A stretch of DNA of 64,000 nucleotides, from assembly GCF_006345805.1 (NCBI RefSeq), contig NC_043009.1, forward strand, positions 65,906,001 to 65,970,000. Direction: 5' to 3'. Below are positions 41,244 to 54,716 of this stretch, piece by piece (the stretch's first letter is position 1; every line of letters starts with the position of its first letter). Source of the DNA: Octopus sinensis (lineage: Eukaryota). The translations under genes were made by a program, and so were the position numbers. The notes under the pieces are model-generated. The model did not search any database. It had not been told where the DNA came from and saw nothing but the letters and a program-made list of their open reading frames with translations.

Positions 41244-44200
41244 CGTGTATGTATAGGTGTTTACATACATGCATATTTGTGTATATACGTTTTAATGTTA
41301 GTATGTAGACATGTATATATTGATTTATTCATGCAAACACACACCACACACACACATATATAATTACATATACATACTCATGTGTGTGTGTGTGTACATA
41401 CTCATGTGTGTGTGTGTACATACAAACATGCATACACACACACACACATACATACACACACGTACACTCACTTATAAATAGGCTGAAACACACAACAGAA
41501 TGTATCAATGGATTCACCTCATACATACATATGTATAGATGTTTACATGCACACACATGCATACACACACACACACACACACACAAACTCATTCTTCATT
41601 CCATCTCAAGTCACAGAAGCAGTAAATATACTGTTCGGTGCAATTACCTTAGAATTAATGAAAGCCAACAGCTTCCACCTATATTTGACCTGGTTACATT
41701 GCAGATCTTTGCCATACCTGTTACTAATCCACCATTAACCTCTTACAAAATTCCAGAACATTCCTTCTCAATTTCTTCTTAACAATCCATATCCCCACCC
41801 CCACCCCCTTAACCCCCACCCTTCCGCCACCCCAAATCCACCCACCTACTTTTAACATTCCTACTGCCACCGTTGTTAAGGTGTTTTTACACGGCAGTAC
41901 TTAATTGTTATCAAATTAACAAAGAATCTTATGGAAATCAGTTCCAAATATCTGATTCTTCTTTCCGCAACAACTCATTAACAACCCATCATTTCTTTAG
42001 AAGATATTCCGAAGTTGTAATATAGATAAAGGGGAAACAAGAGAAATTCCTGGTTTTTCTTTTGTTTTTTTGTTTTTGTTTCGATAGTCTTTGATGTAAC
42101 AACCAAACCATAAAGAAGGTTGAACTCAGAGCTGTTATTGTTATTAAAATATATGTGTGCATTTATATATATCATCATCATCATCATCATCGTCGTTTAA
42201 CGTCCGTTCTCCATGCTAGCATGGGTTGGACGGTTCGACCGGGGTTCTGGGAAGCCAGAAGGCTGCACCAGGCTCCAGTCTAATTTGGCAATGTTTCTAC
42301 AGCTGGATGCCCTTCCTAACGCCAACCACTCCGTGAGTGTAGTGGGTGCTTTTTACGTGCCACCTGCACAGGTGCCAGGCGGGGCTGGCAACGGCCACGG
42401 TCATTGGTGTATTTTATGTGCCACCGGCACGGAAGCCAGTCGAGGCGGTGCTGGCATCGGCCACGAGTCGGATAGTGCTTTTTACGTACCACCAGACCAG
42501 GGATCCTGGCTGGTTCAATTCGATTTCGATTTCGCTTGCCCCAACATGTCTTCACAAGCAAAGGGGGTTGGCAAGGGTGCCTGTCGTACGGTCGCATTGG
42601 AGTATTTTACGTGTCACGGCCACGAGTCGGATAGTGCTTTTTACGTACCACCAGACCAGGGATCCTGGCTGGTTCAATTCGATTTCGATTTCGCTTGCCC
42701 CAACATGTCTTCACAAGCAAAGGGGGTTGGCATGGGTGCCTGTCGTACGGTCGCATTGGAGTATTTTACGTGCCACGGCCCCGAGTCGGATAGTGCTTTT
42801 TACGTACCACCAGGCCAGAGATCCTGGCTGGTTCAATTCGGTTTCGATTTCGATTTCGATTTCGCTTGCCCCAACATGTCTTCGCAAGCATGGGGGGTTG
42901 GGATGGGTGTCTGTCGTCGGATGAGGTTCTATATCGACTTCGCTTGCCTCAACCGGTCTTTGTGTCCAAGGGAGGAAAGGCATTCATAAGTGGGCTGGGC
43001 TCACTTGTCCTGCCTGGTCTTCTCACGTACAGAATATTTCCAAAGGTCTCGGTCTCTGGTCATTTCCTCAGTGAGGCCTAAAGTTCGAAGGTCGTGCTTC
43101 ACCACCTCGTCCCAGGTTTTCCTGGGTCTACCTCTTCCACGGGTTCCCTCAACTGCTAGGGATTGGCACTTTCTCACACACCTATCTTCATCCATTCTCG
43201 CCACATGACCATACCAGCGCAATCGTCTCTCTTGCACACCACAACTGATGCTTCTTAGGTACAACATTTCTCTCAAGGTGCTAACGCTCTGTCGAGTATG
43301 TACACTGACATTACACACCATCGGAGCATACTGGCTTCATTCCTCACGAGCTTACGCATGTCCTCAGCAGTCACAGCCCATGTTTCGCTGCCATGTAGCA
43401 TGGCTGTTCGTACACACGCATCATACAGTCTGCCTTTTACTCTGAGCGAGAGGCCTTTAGTCACCAGCAGAGGTAAGAGCTCCCTAAACTTTGCCCAGGC
43501 TATTCTTATTCTAGCAGTTACACTTTCAGCGCACCCACCCCCACTACTGACTTGGTCACCTAGATAACGGAAGCTATCAACTACTTCTAGTTTTTCCCCC
43601 TGGAAAGTGACGGAAGTTGTTTTCTGCAGATTTTCGGAGGTTAATGCTCCCGAGCATCTGCCACATACAAAAACTATCTTCCCAGTTAGCCTACCTTTGA
43701 CATTGCTGCACCTCTTATGTGTCCATAGCTTACACTGGGTACATCTTATAGAGTTTCTACCTACACCTTTTCTACAGATCGAGCAGGGCCATCTTCCTGA
43801 AGATATTTGTGGATTGTCTACCTTTCTACTTATTAGTACTTTGGTTTTAGCTAGGTTGACTCTAAGGCCCCTTGATTCTAAACCCTCCTTCCACACCTGG
43901 AACTTCTCCTCCAGTTCTGATAGTGACTCAGCAATAAGAGCAAGGTCGTCAGCGTAGAGGAGCTCCCAGGGACAGCCTGTCTTGAATTCCTCCGTAATTG
44001 CCTGGAGTACTATGATAAATAGGAGGGGGCTGAGTACTGAACCCTGGTGGACCCCAACCTCTACTTTGAATTCTTCTGTGTACATGTTGCCAACCCTAAC
44101 CTTACTTACGGCATCTCTGTACATGGCTTGCACAGTCCTCACCAGCCATTCATCTATCCCTAGTTTCCTCATTGACCACCAGATAAGGGATCGGGGGACC

Positions 44201-45719
44201 CTATCAAAAGCTTTCTCCATGTCAACGAAAGCCAGGTACAGGGGCTTATCTTTGGCTAGGTATTTCTCCTGCAGCTGCCTTACCAGGAATATAGCATCAG
44301 TGGTACTTTTTCCTGGCACGAACCCAAACTGCATCTCATCTAAACTAACTCTCTCTCTAATTAGTTGGGCTATGACCCTCTCCGTAACCTTCATTACTTG
44401 ATCCAACAGCTTGATACCTCTGTAATTATTTGTATCTAGGGCATCACCTTTACCTTTGTAGCAGTTGACTAGTATGCTGCTGCACCAGTCATTGGGTATG
44501 ACTCCTTCGTGTATCACCTGGTTGACTATACGGGTGACTAGGTTATAGCCGACACTGCCAGATATTTTGAGCATCTCTGCAGTAATTCCTGATGGGCCTG
44601 GGGCTTTCCCTGTCTTCATGCTTCTAATTGCCTTAGCTACCACGGAACTATCAACTCGGATAGCTGGTCCCTCTGTAGGGTCAACATTCGGCAGACTCTC
44701 TTTATCCCATTCATTTTCCTCATTCAGTAACCTTTCATAGTGGCGTCTCCAAGCTTCTCTCTTTGCATCCTCATTTAGCGCAAGTGAACCATCCTCCATG
44801 CGAACACATTTCTCTCCTACCACATCACGATTCTCTCTCACACACTGTCTTGCAACACGAAATACCTCAAGTCTTTCATCCTCACGGCGCAGGACATTGG
44901 CAATTTTCTCTTATCTGCTTCCCCTCTGGCTAGATAGACCTGTCTCCTAGCTTCCCTTCTGGCAGTCTGATACCCTTCCCTGCTACCACCGTTCTTCCAG
45001 GCCTTCCAAGCCTGTTTCTTTTGTCTAATAGCCCTGTCAACAATATTGTTCCACCACCACGTTATTTTGGGTCTTAAGGGGACTTTGCACCAGCCACAGA
45101 TCTGGTCAGCGGCTTTCAGCAGGTTGTCCCTCAGAAACGTCCAGTTGTCTTCTACCCCATGTGTAGCTATACCCCCTTCCACTTCGTCAAAGGCTTCAAG
45201 TAACATATCTCTAAATCTCTGTCCATTCGCAGGGGCTTTAAGCTTCCAGACCCTTCTTCTCCATGTTGGTCGTCTTCTAGTCACCCTCTTAGTCCTGATC
45301 CTAAAGTCACTAACTACCAGTCTATGTTGTGGGGTGCATTCTTCGCCTGGGAAGGTTTTGGCATTTTTAAGCAGCCATCTTTCCCTTTTTCTGGCAAGGA
45401 TGTAGTCGATTTGGCTAGTATGCCGGCCCGATCGGTAGGTGACCAGGTGGCTTGTTGGTTTCCTGAAGTTAGTGTTGCAGACCATAAGACTATTCGCATC
45501 GCAGAACTCCAGCAGCCTGGTTCCCTCCTCGTTGCGGGAACCATAACCGTAGCCTCCATGTACGCCATGGAAGCCCCCAGCATGTCGTCCAACATGCCCA
45601 TTGAAATCACCAGCCACAAAGAGAAGGTCCCTGTCGTTCGTCGATGAGGTGGTCTGCAGTAGGGTGTCATAGAAACTGTCTTTCTGTCCATCGGGTAGCC
45701 CTGGCTGAGGGGCATAGGC

Positions 45720-45755
<36 letters not shown>

Positions 45756-48700
45756 AGAGTTTATGGAAAAAACAAAAGACGAAGACAGGTGGTGTACAAA
45801 ACAAACAGATGTATTAGTATAACGCTCAGGAATAGAAAAAGTCTTTTATGTTTCGAGCCTACGCTCTTCTACAGAAAGGGACACAGAAAAAACAAGGAGA
45901 GAAAAAAATGTGTGTAGTGGCTAATGATCTCTATCATCATCATCATCATCATCATCGTTTAGCGTCCGTTTTCCATGCTAGCATGGGTTGGACGGTTCTA
46001 CTGGGGTCTGTGAAGCCAGAAGGCTTCATTCGGCCCAGTCAAATCTGGCAGTGTTTCTACCATTGAAATCTCAATGTTGTGATCATCATCAACATTTAAC
46101 GTCCGCTTTCCATGCTAGCATGGGTTGGACGATTTTGACTGAGGGCTGGCAAACCAGATGGCTGCACCAGGCTCCAATCTTGATCTGGCAGAGTTTCTAC
46201 AGCTGGATGCCCTTCCTAACGCCAACCACTCCGTGAGTGTAGTGGGTGCTTTTTACGTGCCACCCGCACAGGTGCCAGACAGAGCTAGCAAACGGCCACG
46301 AACGGATGGTGCTTTTTATGTGCCACCGGCACGAGGGCCAGGTGAGGCTGGCAATGGACACGAAACGGGGCGGTGCTGGCAACGGTCGCGAAACGGAAGG
46401 TTCTCTTACATGCCACCAGCACTGGTAACACATCTGCAATTTCCATTGATCGATTTCCATTCTGATCCTCACTTGCCTCAACGGGTCTTCACAAGTAGAG
46501 TTTCGACATGCCACCGGCACTGGTAACACATCTGCAATTTCCATTGATCGATTTCGATTCTGATCCTCACTTGCCTCAACAGGTCTTCACAAGTAGAGTT
46601 TTGTGTCCCAAGAAGGGAAGGTATGCATACGTAGGCTGGCTCCATCCTATGTAGAAGGCCACGGGTTATGGACTCACTTGTCCTGCCGGGTCTTCTCGTG
46701 CACAGCACACTTCCAGAGGACTCGGTCTCTAGTCATTTCCTCAGTGAGACCTAAAGTTCGAAGGTCGTGCTTCACCACCTCGTCCCAGGTTTTCCTGTGT
46801 CTGCCTCTTCCACAGGTTCCCTCAACCGCTAGGGTGTGGCACTTTTTCACACAACTATCTTCATCCATTCTCGCCACATGACCATACCAGCGCAAACGTC
46901 TCTCTTGCACACCACAACTGATGCTTCTTAGGTCCAGCTTTTCTCTGAAGGTACTTACACTCTGCCGAGTATGAGTACTGACATTACACATCCATCGGAG
47001 CATACTGGCTTCATTTCTTGCGAGCTTACGCATATCCTCAGCAGTCACGGCCCATGTTTCACTGCCATGTAGCATGGCTGTTCGTACACACGCATCATAC
47101 AGTCTGCCTTTCACTCTGTGCGAGAGGCCTTTTGTCACCAGCAGAGGTAAGAGCTCTCTGAACTTTGCCCAAGCTAATCTTACTCTAGCAGTTACACTTT
47201 CAGCACACCCGCCCCCGCTGCTGACTTGGTCACCTAGGTAACGGAAACTATCGACTATTTCTAGTTTTTCTCCCTGGAAAGTGACGGAAGTTGATCTCAG
47301 AGCATTTTCAGTGTTTATTGTTCCTGAGCATCTGCCACATACAAAAACCATCTTCCTAGTTAGCCTTCCTTTGACATTGCTGCACCTCTTATGTGTCCAT
47401 AGCTTACACTTGGTGCATCTTATAGAGTTTCTACCTACACCTTTTCTACAGATCGAGCAGGGCCATCTACCTGAAGGCGTTTGCGATTTGTCTACCTTCC
47501 TACTGATTACGACTTTGGTTTTAGCTAGATTGACTCTGAGGCCCTTCGATTCTAATCCTTGTTTCCACACCTGAAACTTTTCCTCCAGTTCTGATAGCGA
47601 CTCAGCAATTAGAGCAAGGTCATCAGCATAGAGGAGCTCCCAAGGGCATCCTGTCTTGAATTCCTCCGTTATTGCCTGGAGGACTATGATAAATAGGAGG
47701 GGGGTTGAGGACTGAGCCTTGGTGGACCCCTACCTCTACCCGGAATTTTTTACTGTACTCGTTTCCAACCCTCACCCTACTAGCAGCGTCCCTATACATG
47801 GCCCGCACAGCTCTCACTAACCATTCATCTATCCCTAGTTTCCTCATTGCCCATCAGATAAGGGATCGGGGGACCCTGTCGAAGGCTTTCTCCATGTCAA
47901 CAAAAGCCAGGTACAGGGGCTTATCTTTGGCTAGGTATTTCTCCTGCAGCTGCCTTACCAGGAATATAGCATCAGTAGTACTTTTCCCTGGCACAAACCC
48001 AAACTGCATCTCATCTAAACTAACTCTCTCTCTAATTAGTTGGGCTATGACCCTCTCCATAACCTTCATCACCTGATCCAACAGCTTGATACCTCTGTAG
48101 TTATTTGTATCTAGGGCGTCACCTTTACCTTTGTAGCAGTTGACTATTATGCTGCTACACCAGTCATTGGGTATGACTCCTTTGTGTATCACCTGATTAA
48201 CTATACGGGTGACTAGGCTATAGCCGACGCTATATTCATATTAGAGGGAAACCACTATGTGGACACCCTTTTGTTAGAAATAGATCCACATAGTGGTTTC
48301 CCTCTAATATGTATATAATACAATTTTACTGAACCTTCAGTTTTTTTATATGCTAGACCACTGGTGTGAAATCGATGTTTATTAAATTAATATCTAATTT
48401 CTCACCCTCATTTTAAATATATATATATATATATACACTCTTTACTCTTTTACTTGTTTCAGTCATTTGACTGCAGCCATGCTGGAGCACCACCTTTAGA
48501 TGAGCGAATCGACCCCAGGAAAGGCAAAGTCGACATCAATGGAATTTGAACTCAGAACGTAATTGCAGACTAAATACTGCCAAGCATTTTGCCCGGCGTG
48601 TTAACGATTCTGCCAGCTCACCACATTTATATATGTGTGTGTGTGTGTGTGTGTATATATGCATGCATGTATATATGTATGTATGCATGCATGTATATAT

Positions 48701-51700
48701 GTATGTATGCATGTATGTATATATGTATGTATGCATGCATGCATGCATGCATGTATGTATGTATGTATGTATGTATGTATGTATGTATGCATGCATGCAT
48801 GCATGTTTGTATGTGTGTATATATGTTCTCTACTGCTAATTATTTGAAATCTTCATACAAGGAAAGATCTTGCTTCTAACAAAGATACCAAACTGCATTT
48901 TCGTACTGGAGGTAACAAAAGCCATGTCATGTTGAACTTCGGAATAGTCTTGAAGATTTTTACAGTTCCACTTACAAATTGTATTTGTAATGGGCAAGGT
49001 AGCTGCTTTAATTCCTTCTCTGAAAAGCCTGAACTTTTACAAACTGATACTTAGGTGTTTACTAAAAAAACCAACTGCACCAAGTATTACTGGTATAAAT
49101 GTGAATTTACAATCCAGATTAGAAGCCGAGAGTGTAGTGGGTGCTTTTACATGCCACCGGCACAGGGGCCAGTCAGGTGGTACTGGCAACAGCCACGCTC
49201 AAATGGTGCTTTTACGTGCCACCTGCACGGGGGCCAGTCCAGTGGCACTGGCAATGACCTCGCAAGCTCCCATACTATTTCCTCTTTCTCTTTGGTTCTT
49301 CAAGTGATATTCACATCAATATTCTTGCCTCTCCCAAACGACTATATCCACCTTGTTATGTTTGCTCTTAGTGCAATGGGAATCTTCCCTCGACATTGAT
49401 GTTTATGCATACATGCACTAATAGGGTGTTTCTCATTTATTCCAGGACAGTCTCCCCGCCCCCCCCCCGCCTGCCAATGGCACTGCATATCGTCTTAGCG
49501 ATGGCATCATGTCACATAGGGTGGTAGTACTTTGATGACATTTATGGGCAGCTGCTGATCATCCCATGTGATGTCTTCCACAGATGTCTTCATCAGTTGC
49601 ATCGTCTGGCACCAGGTGCTTCATTACCTATTTTGTTGATTAGGAATTTTGCAGCAATCTCCAGCTCTTCGATTGCAAATGCACAGCGTTTCAAGTGTAA
49701 TACGATGTAGTGGTCGTGAGTCCAAGAGAGGCTGCATTTCATGTTGATATTAGTATCGTCTTTGAGGAACATTACCAAAGCATCGTCTTTTTTCTGAGAT
49801 GCTGATCATTTCACATCCAGCTCTTCTTTGAGGTATGTGAGCCTGACTGTTTTAGGTTTGTATCAGAATTCATTAGAAAGAGATTGCTTCCTAATAAGTT
49901 CACTGCCGACATGCAGGGTGCCATTATTTTTACTTTCCAGCACTAAGTCTGTGTATTTTTTTTTCTGATGTTGTTTAGCAGATGCTGTCTGAGAGATGCA
50001 ACAGGATATCTGAAGGCTGCCACTGGCATGGATGCCAGTCATGCGGTGCTGTCATTGAATTTGATTTCGATTTCACTTGCCTCAAAAGGTCTTCACAAGC
50101 AGAGTTTAGTGTCCAATGAAGGAAAGGTATGCATAAGTGGGCTGGTTACACCCCTACCATAGGCCATGGGTTATGGTCTCACTTGGCTTGCCAGGTCTTC
50201 TCAAGCACAGCATATTTCCAAAGGTCTCGGTCACTAGCCATTGCCTTGGTGAGGCCTAATGTTCGAAGGTCGTGCATCACCACCTCATCCCAGGTCTTCC
50301 TGGGTCTACCTCTTCCACAGGTTCCCTCAACCTCGAGGGTGTGACGCTTCTTCACACAGCTATCCTCATCAGAAAGCGATAATGGATTTAATGCCAAAAT
50401 AAACAGAAGTAGTGAAAGACTACTATCTCCTTAGAATATTCCCACTGAAATATTTATATCATCAAAGATGATCTTTCCACTCTCAGTTGTGTGAGGATTG
50501 TTCCTCAAGTCTTTGTGAGCCTCTCAATGGCAGCAATTAAGATCGCAGGTATCTTTGCGATATGTAAACATTTCAGCAGCCATTTGTAGGGAACAGAACT
50601 GAATGCTTTCTGCTAAAGTCTCAGTCACAAGGTTACGGCAGTGTTTCTTTTCGTCACACACTGCAGCTTTGTTTATCAAAAGCTTTTTGACCTATCCCCA
50701 CATCGACTTCTTTCCACCAGCCTGCTCATTGGTCACTATGTTCTTGGACTCACAATGATGCTGGAGGAATTGGTTGAGGTAGCTTGTGTACAGCAATGTT
50801 TCTACTAACTCAGTGGTTTCATTCTTTGTTACAAGATTCATCCATGCTACAAGAACCCAGTTTGGTATGTCAAGCTAATCTTCTGTAATTCTTTTGAAGA
50901 TACACATTAACCCTTTCGTTAACAATCTGGCTGAAACCGGCTCTGGCTCTTTAGTATAAATGTCTTGTTTCCATAAGTTTTGAATTCAAATCTTCCATCA
51001 AACCTGAGTCACAATTTATGTTCCTAACACTAGCTGAATGATAACCAAGTTATTTTACTAAATTCTTTGTTGTATTTAAAATAATTGGAAGAAACACAGA
51101 GCATCTCAACAGAAATACAGTAATGAAAGGGTTAAAGACTTTCTGTGGCAAGTTAGCCTCATGTATCAGTATCCACCCATTATGTCTCTTCCAGCTGCCT
51201 TCCTATTATGGTAAAACTTTCAGAGCTGACAGTCTACATTTTACCATTCATCATCATCATCATCATCATTTAATGTCCGCTTTCCATGCTAGCATGGGTT
51301 GGACGATTTTAACTGAGGTCTGGCGAACCAGATGGCTGCACCAGGTTCCAATCTTGATCTGGCAAAGTTTCTACAGGTGGATGCCCTTCCTAACAACCAC
51401 TCCGAGAGTGTAGTGGGTGCTTTTTACGTGCCACTTGCACGGAGGCCAGTCAGGCATTGCTGGCAATGACCTTGCTTGAATCTTTTTGCACAGGGGCCAG
51501 TAAGGCGACGCTGGTAACGATCATGTACAAATGGTGCCCTCTGGCAACAATCATGCTCGGATGGTGCTCTTGGCACCCTACTACTTGATCAATTACCACA
51601 ACGCATTTGGGTTGAAGTCCCTCTTTTCATCTTCCACATTACACTCTAGAATGATTCAAAATCTTCTTGAAAAGGGGTTTTCATCAGAGTATAATAAGGC

Positions 51701-52989
51701 TTTCTTTTCTCATCTCATTCAGTATAAGTCACAAACAAACATGTGATTGATACTGGTTTGCTCAGATATTTTTCTACAATAATGAAGTTTTTTACTCAGT
51801 ATCATGAATTCAAACTTTTAAGTAATTACATTTTTCTCAAGAATTACTGCAGAGGTTTGTTATTTTTGGCACAAAATATAATTGCTAAGGTGCCAACTCA
51901 TTATTCTCTTTACATTTTATTATCATCCGATATGGCAGCACTGATTGTCGATGTTTTCTTTAAGTCTCACTTTTTATCTGGGTTGCTCCCATTTAGTAAT
52001 TTCTTTAGCATGTGCACAGCAGGTTTCTCATGGGCATTCTGTAAGAATAATTAGCAGTTGTGTACAGGAATGTATTAATTGTCCAGTAATTAAAATCACA
52101 TGACTCATCAACAATAACTTTCAATATGAGAGTAGTTAACTGTTTCTTTAAACACATTAAGGAAGGCCTGTCGCTTGACGACAGCTCACAGACACTGGAA
52201 AAATTTTCCACAAAATGTTGTTTCAGAATGATTTTAAGCTGAATATGTAAAGGTGTAGGCATGACTGTGTGGTAAGAAGTTTGCTTCCTAACCACATGGG
52301 TCCAGGTTCAGTCCCACTGCATGGCACCTTAGACAAGTGTCTTCTACTGTAGCTTTGGGCTGACCAAAGCCTTGTGGGTGGATTCGGTAGATGGGAACTG
52401 AAAGAAGCTCACTGTGTGTGTGTGTGTGTGTGTCTTTGCGCCGGTGTTTGTCACCCACCACTGCTTGATAACTGATATTGGTGTGATTACATCCCTGTAA
52501 CTTAGCAGTTCAACAAAAGAAACTGACAGAATTAAGTACCAGCTTTGAAAGAAAAAAGGTACAGGAGTCAATTCAGTTGACTAAAAATTCTTCAAGGCGG
52601 TGCTCCAGCATGGCCACAGTCTAATGACTGAAACAAGTAAAAGATAAAAGACAAGATATTCCACAGCCATTTCTGCTGAAATGGTCACACATGGAGACAC
52701 TTAGGAGTTTAGTGATGGTCACAGCAGTTTGCTTACATTATTTTTGATCTCTCAAGACAGCGAGCTGGCAGAAACATTAACACGCTGGCTGAAATGCTTA
52801 GCAGTATTTCATCTGTCTTTACGTTCCGAGTTCAAATTCTGCCAAGGTCGACTTTGCCTTTCTCAGTGCTTTGAGTTAACTGACTAGCATCATGAGAGTT
52901 GGAATAACAACAGCTGCCTGTGATGGCTATATGTGTGTATGCACACATGATGCATATGTGTATGTATGTATGATATATAGCCATGTATG

Positions 52990-53023
<34 letters not shown>

Positions 53024-53654
53024 ATGTGTGTGTAGATATATGTTATCATCATAACTATTTAACATCTTTCCATGCTGGCATACACCTGGGTCAGGTGGGA
53101 CAGGACAAGGAGACATGACACGTGTTGCAACAAGAAAAAACAGGACATCAACAGATTGAAATGAAGGCCAGATCAGAGAATGTTCCAAGGCAACCAAGTG
53201 ACACCTGCAAAAGGCATCCAGGTGTCATTCAATCATCTTGATGTTAAACAGGGCAACAAATTGGTTTATTGCACAGGAGTAAGCAAAGAGTATTTGGAAG
53301 ACTTCCAGAGATTCTGTTTATCTAATTTCACACGCAGACCGATCAACTTAGGGCTATGGCACACAGGCATTAGGATTGAACTTGGAACCTGAGGAGTGCA
53401 AATCAAAATTATTAAAGCAAACGGCTCTACCTGTTTCCCATGACAGATAATACAATAAAGTGCACTCAACCCCCTTATATCTTCTTAAATTCAAGAAATA
53501 CTATAAACACATCCAATAGTCGTTAATATATAATTTAAGCAGCTCAATCTTTTAAACACACAAACACACACACAAACATACATGCATATTTACACATATA
53601 TATAAATACATACACACACATACACATATATATATGTATTTACATGTATGTATG

Positions 53655-53687
<33 letters not shown>

Positions 53688-53712
53688 GTATGTATTTACA
53701 GGTATGCATGTA

Positions 53713-53758
<46 letters not shown>

Positions 53759-54223
53759 ACTATATATATACACATACATACATGTAAATACATACATAGG
53801 CATACATAAATACATATATATATATGTGTGTGTCTGTGTATGTATATAAATACATACAGTCATACATACATACAAATATATAAATACATATATTTATATA
53901 TATGTATTTATATACCATCTATATATAAAACGTTAGACATAAATGAATATATTTATATCTGAAATATATTATTCTGACTTTAAGAGGCCTGGTTTTTCAA
54001 CATATCCAATAATATTACCTATTTCTTTAAATTCTACCATTCCAATATCTGATTCTCAGTCAGTCCGTATTCTGTGTACCATTTCATTTCAAACACGCAA
54101 TTACGTAACATTTAGCTTATCTATAACTTATTACACACATGGGAAATTATATAAAGATCTGGTAATCTAATAATATTACAGCTAGACAATCGTGACGAAA
54201 ATATATATATAATGGATACAAAA

Positions 54224-54287
<64 letters not shown>

Positions 54288-54685
54288 CCTTATATAGATG
54301 CAGCAAAACTTAAGTGCAAACATACATGTGTGTATATATATATAGAGTGTATATATATTTATATATATATACACACGTGTAAGTGTGCAGAAACGCCAAA
54401 CACATGCATATGTAAAGAAACACTTCAGAAATCGTAAGCTTTTGTATAAAAATTCCAGCCATAGCATGGGAGGAAATTAAATATATCGATATAAATTCGA
54501 TATAATTACCCAATTAGCTAAAAAGAGAATAACTATACATATTGAATTAATCTCATGGTAATATCGCATAGTGGTGTTTTCAAGTAGTGTAGAGCCAAGT
54601 TCATCCACAACGAAAACTAGTAATTATTTAAATAGCTACTTATAATATTAATTTTATTGATTATTATTATTGTTATTAATGTTAA

Positions 54686-54716
<31 letters not shown>

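Noticed and set aside
40869-41782. Many YIYI/THTH/CVCV ORFs here and throughout the window
   Set aside because: Translations of TA/CA/TG microsatellites.
42213-42989. 258-aa plus-strand ORF with repeats
   Set aside because: Antisense to the RTE 3'UTR; the repeats come from a 159-bp tandem duplication. Not called as a gene.
51950-52250. Possible Tc1 catalytic-domain remnant
   Set aside because: Only a vague resemblance to the NPIENLW motif that requires several frameshifts.
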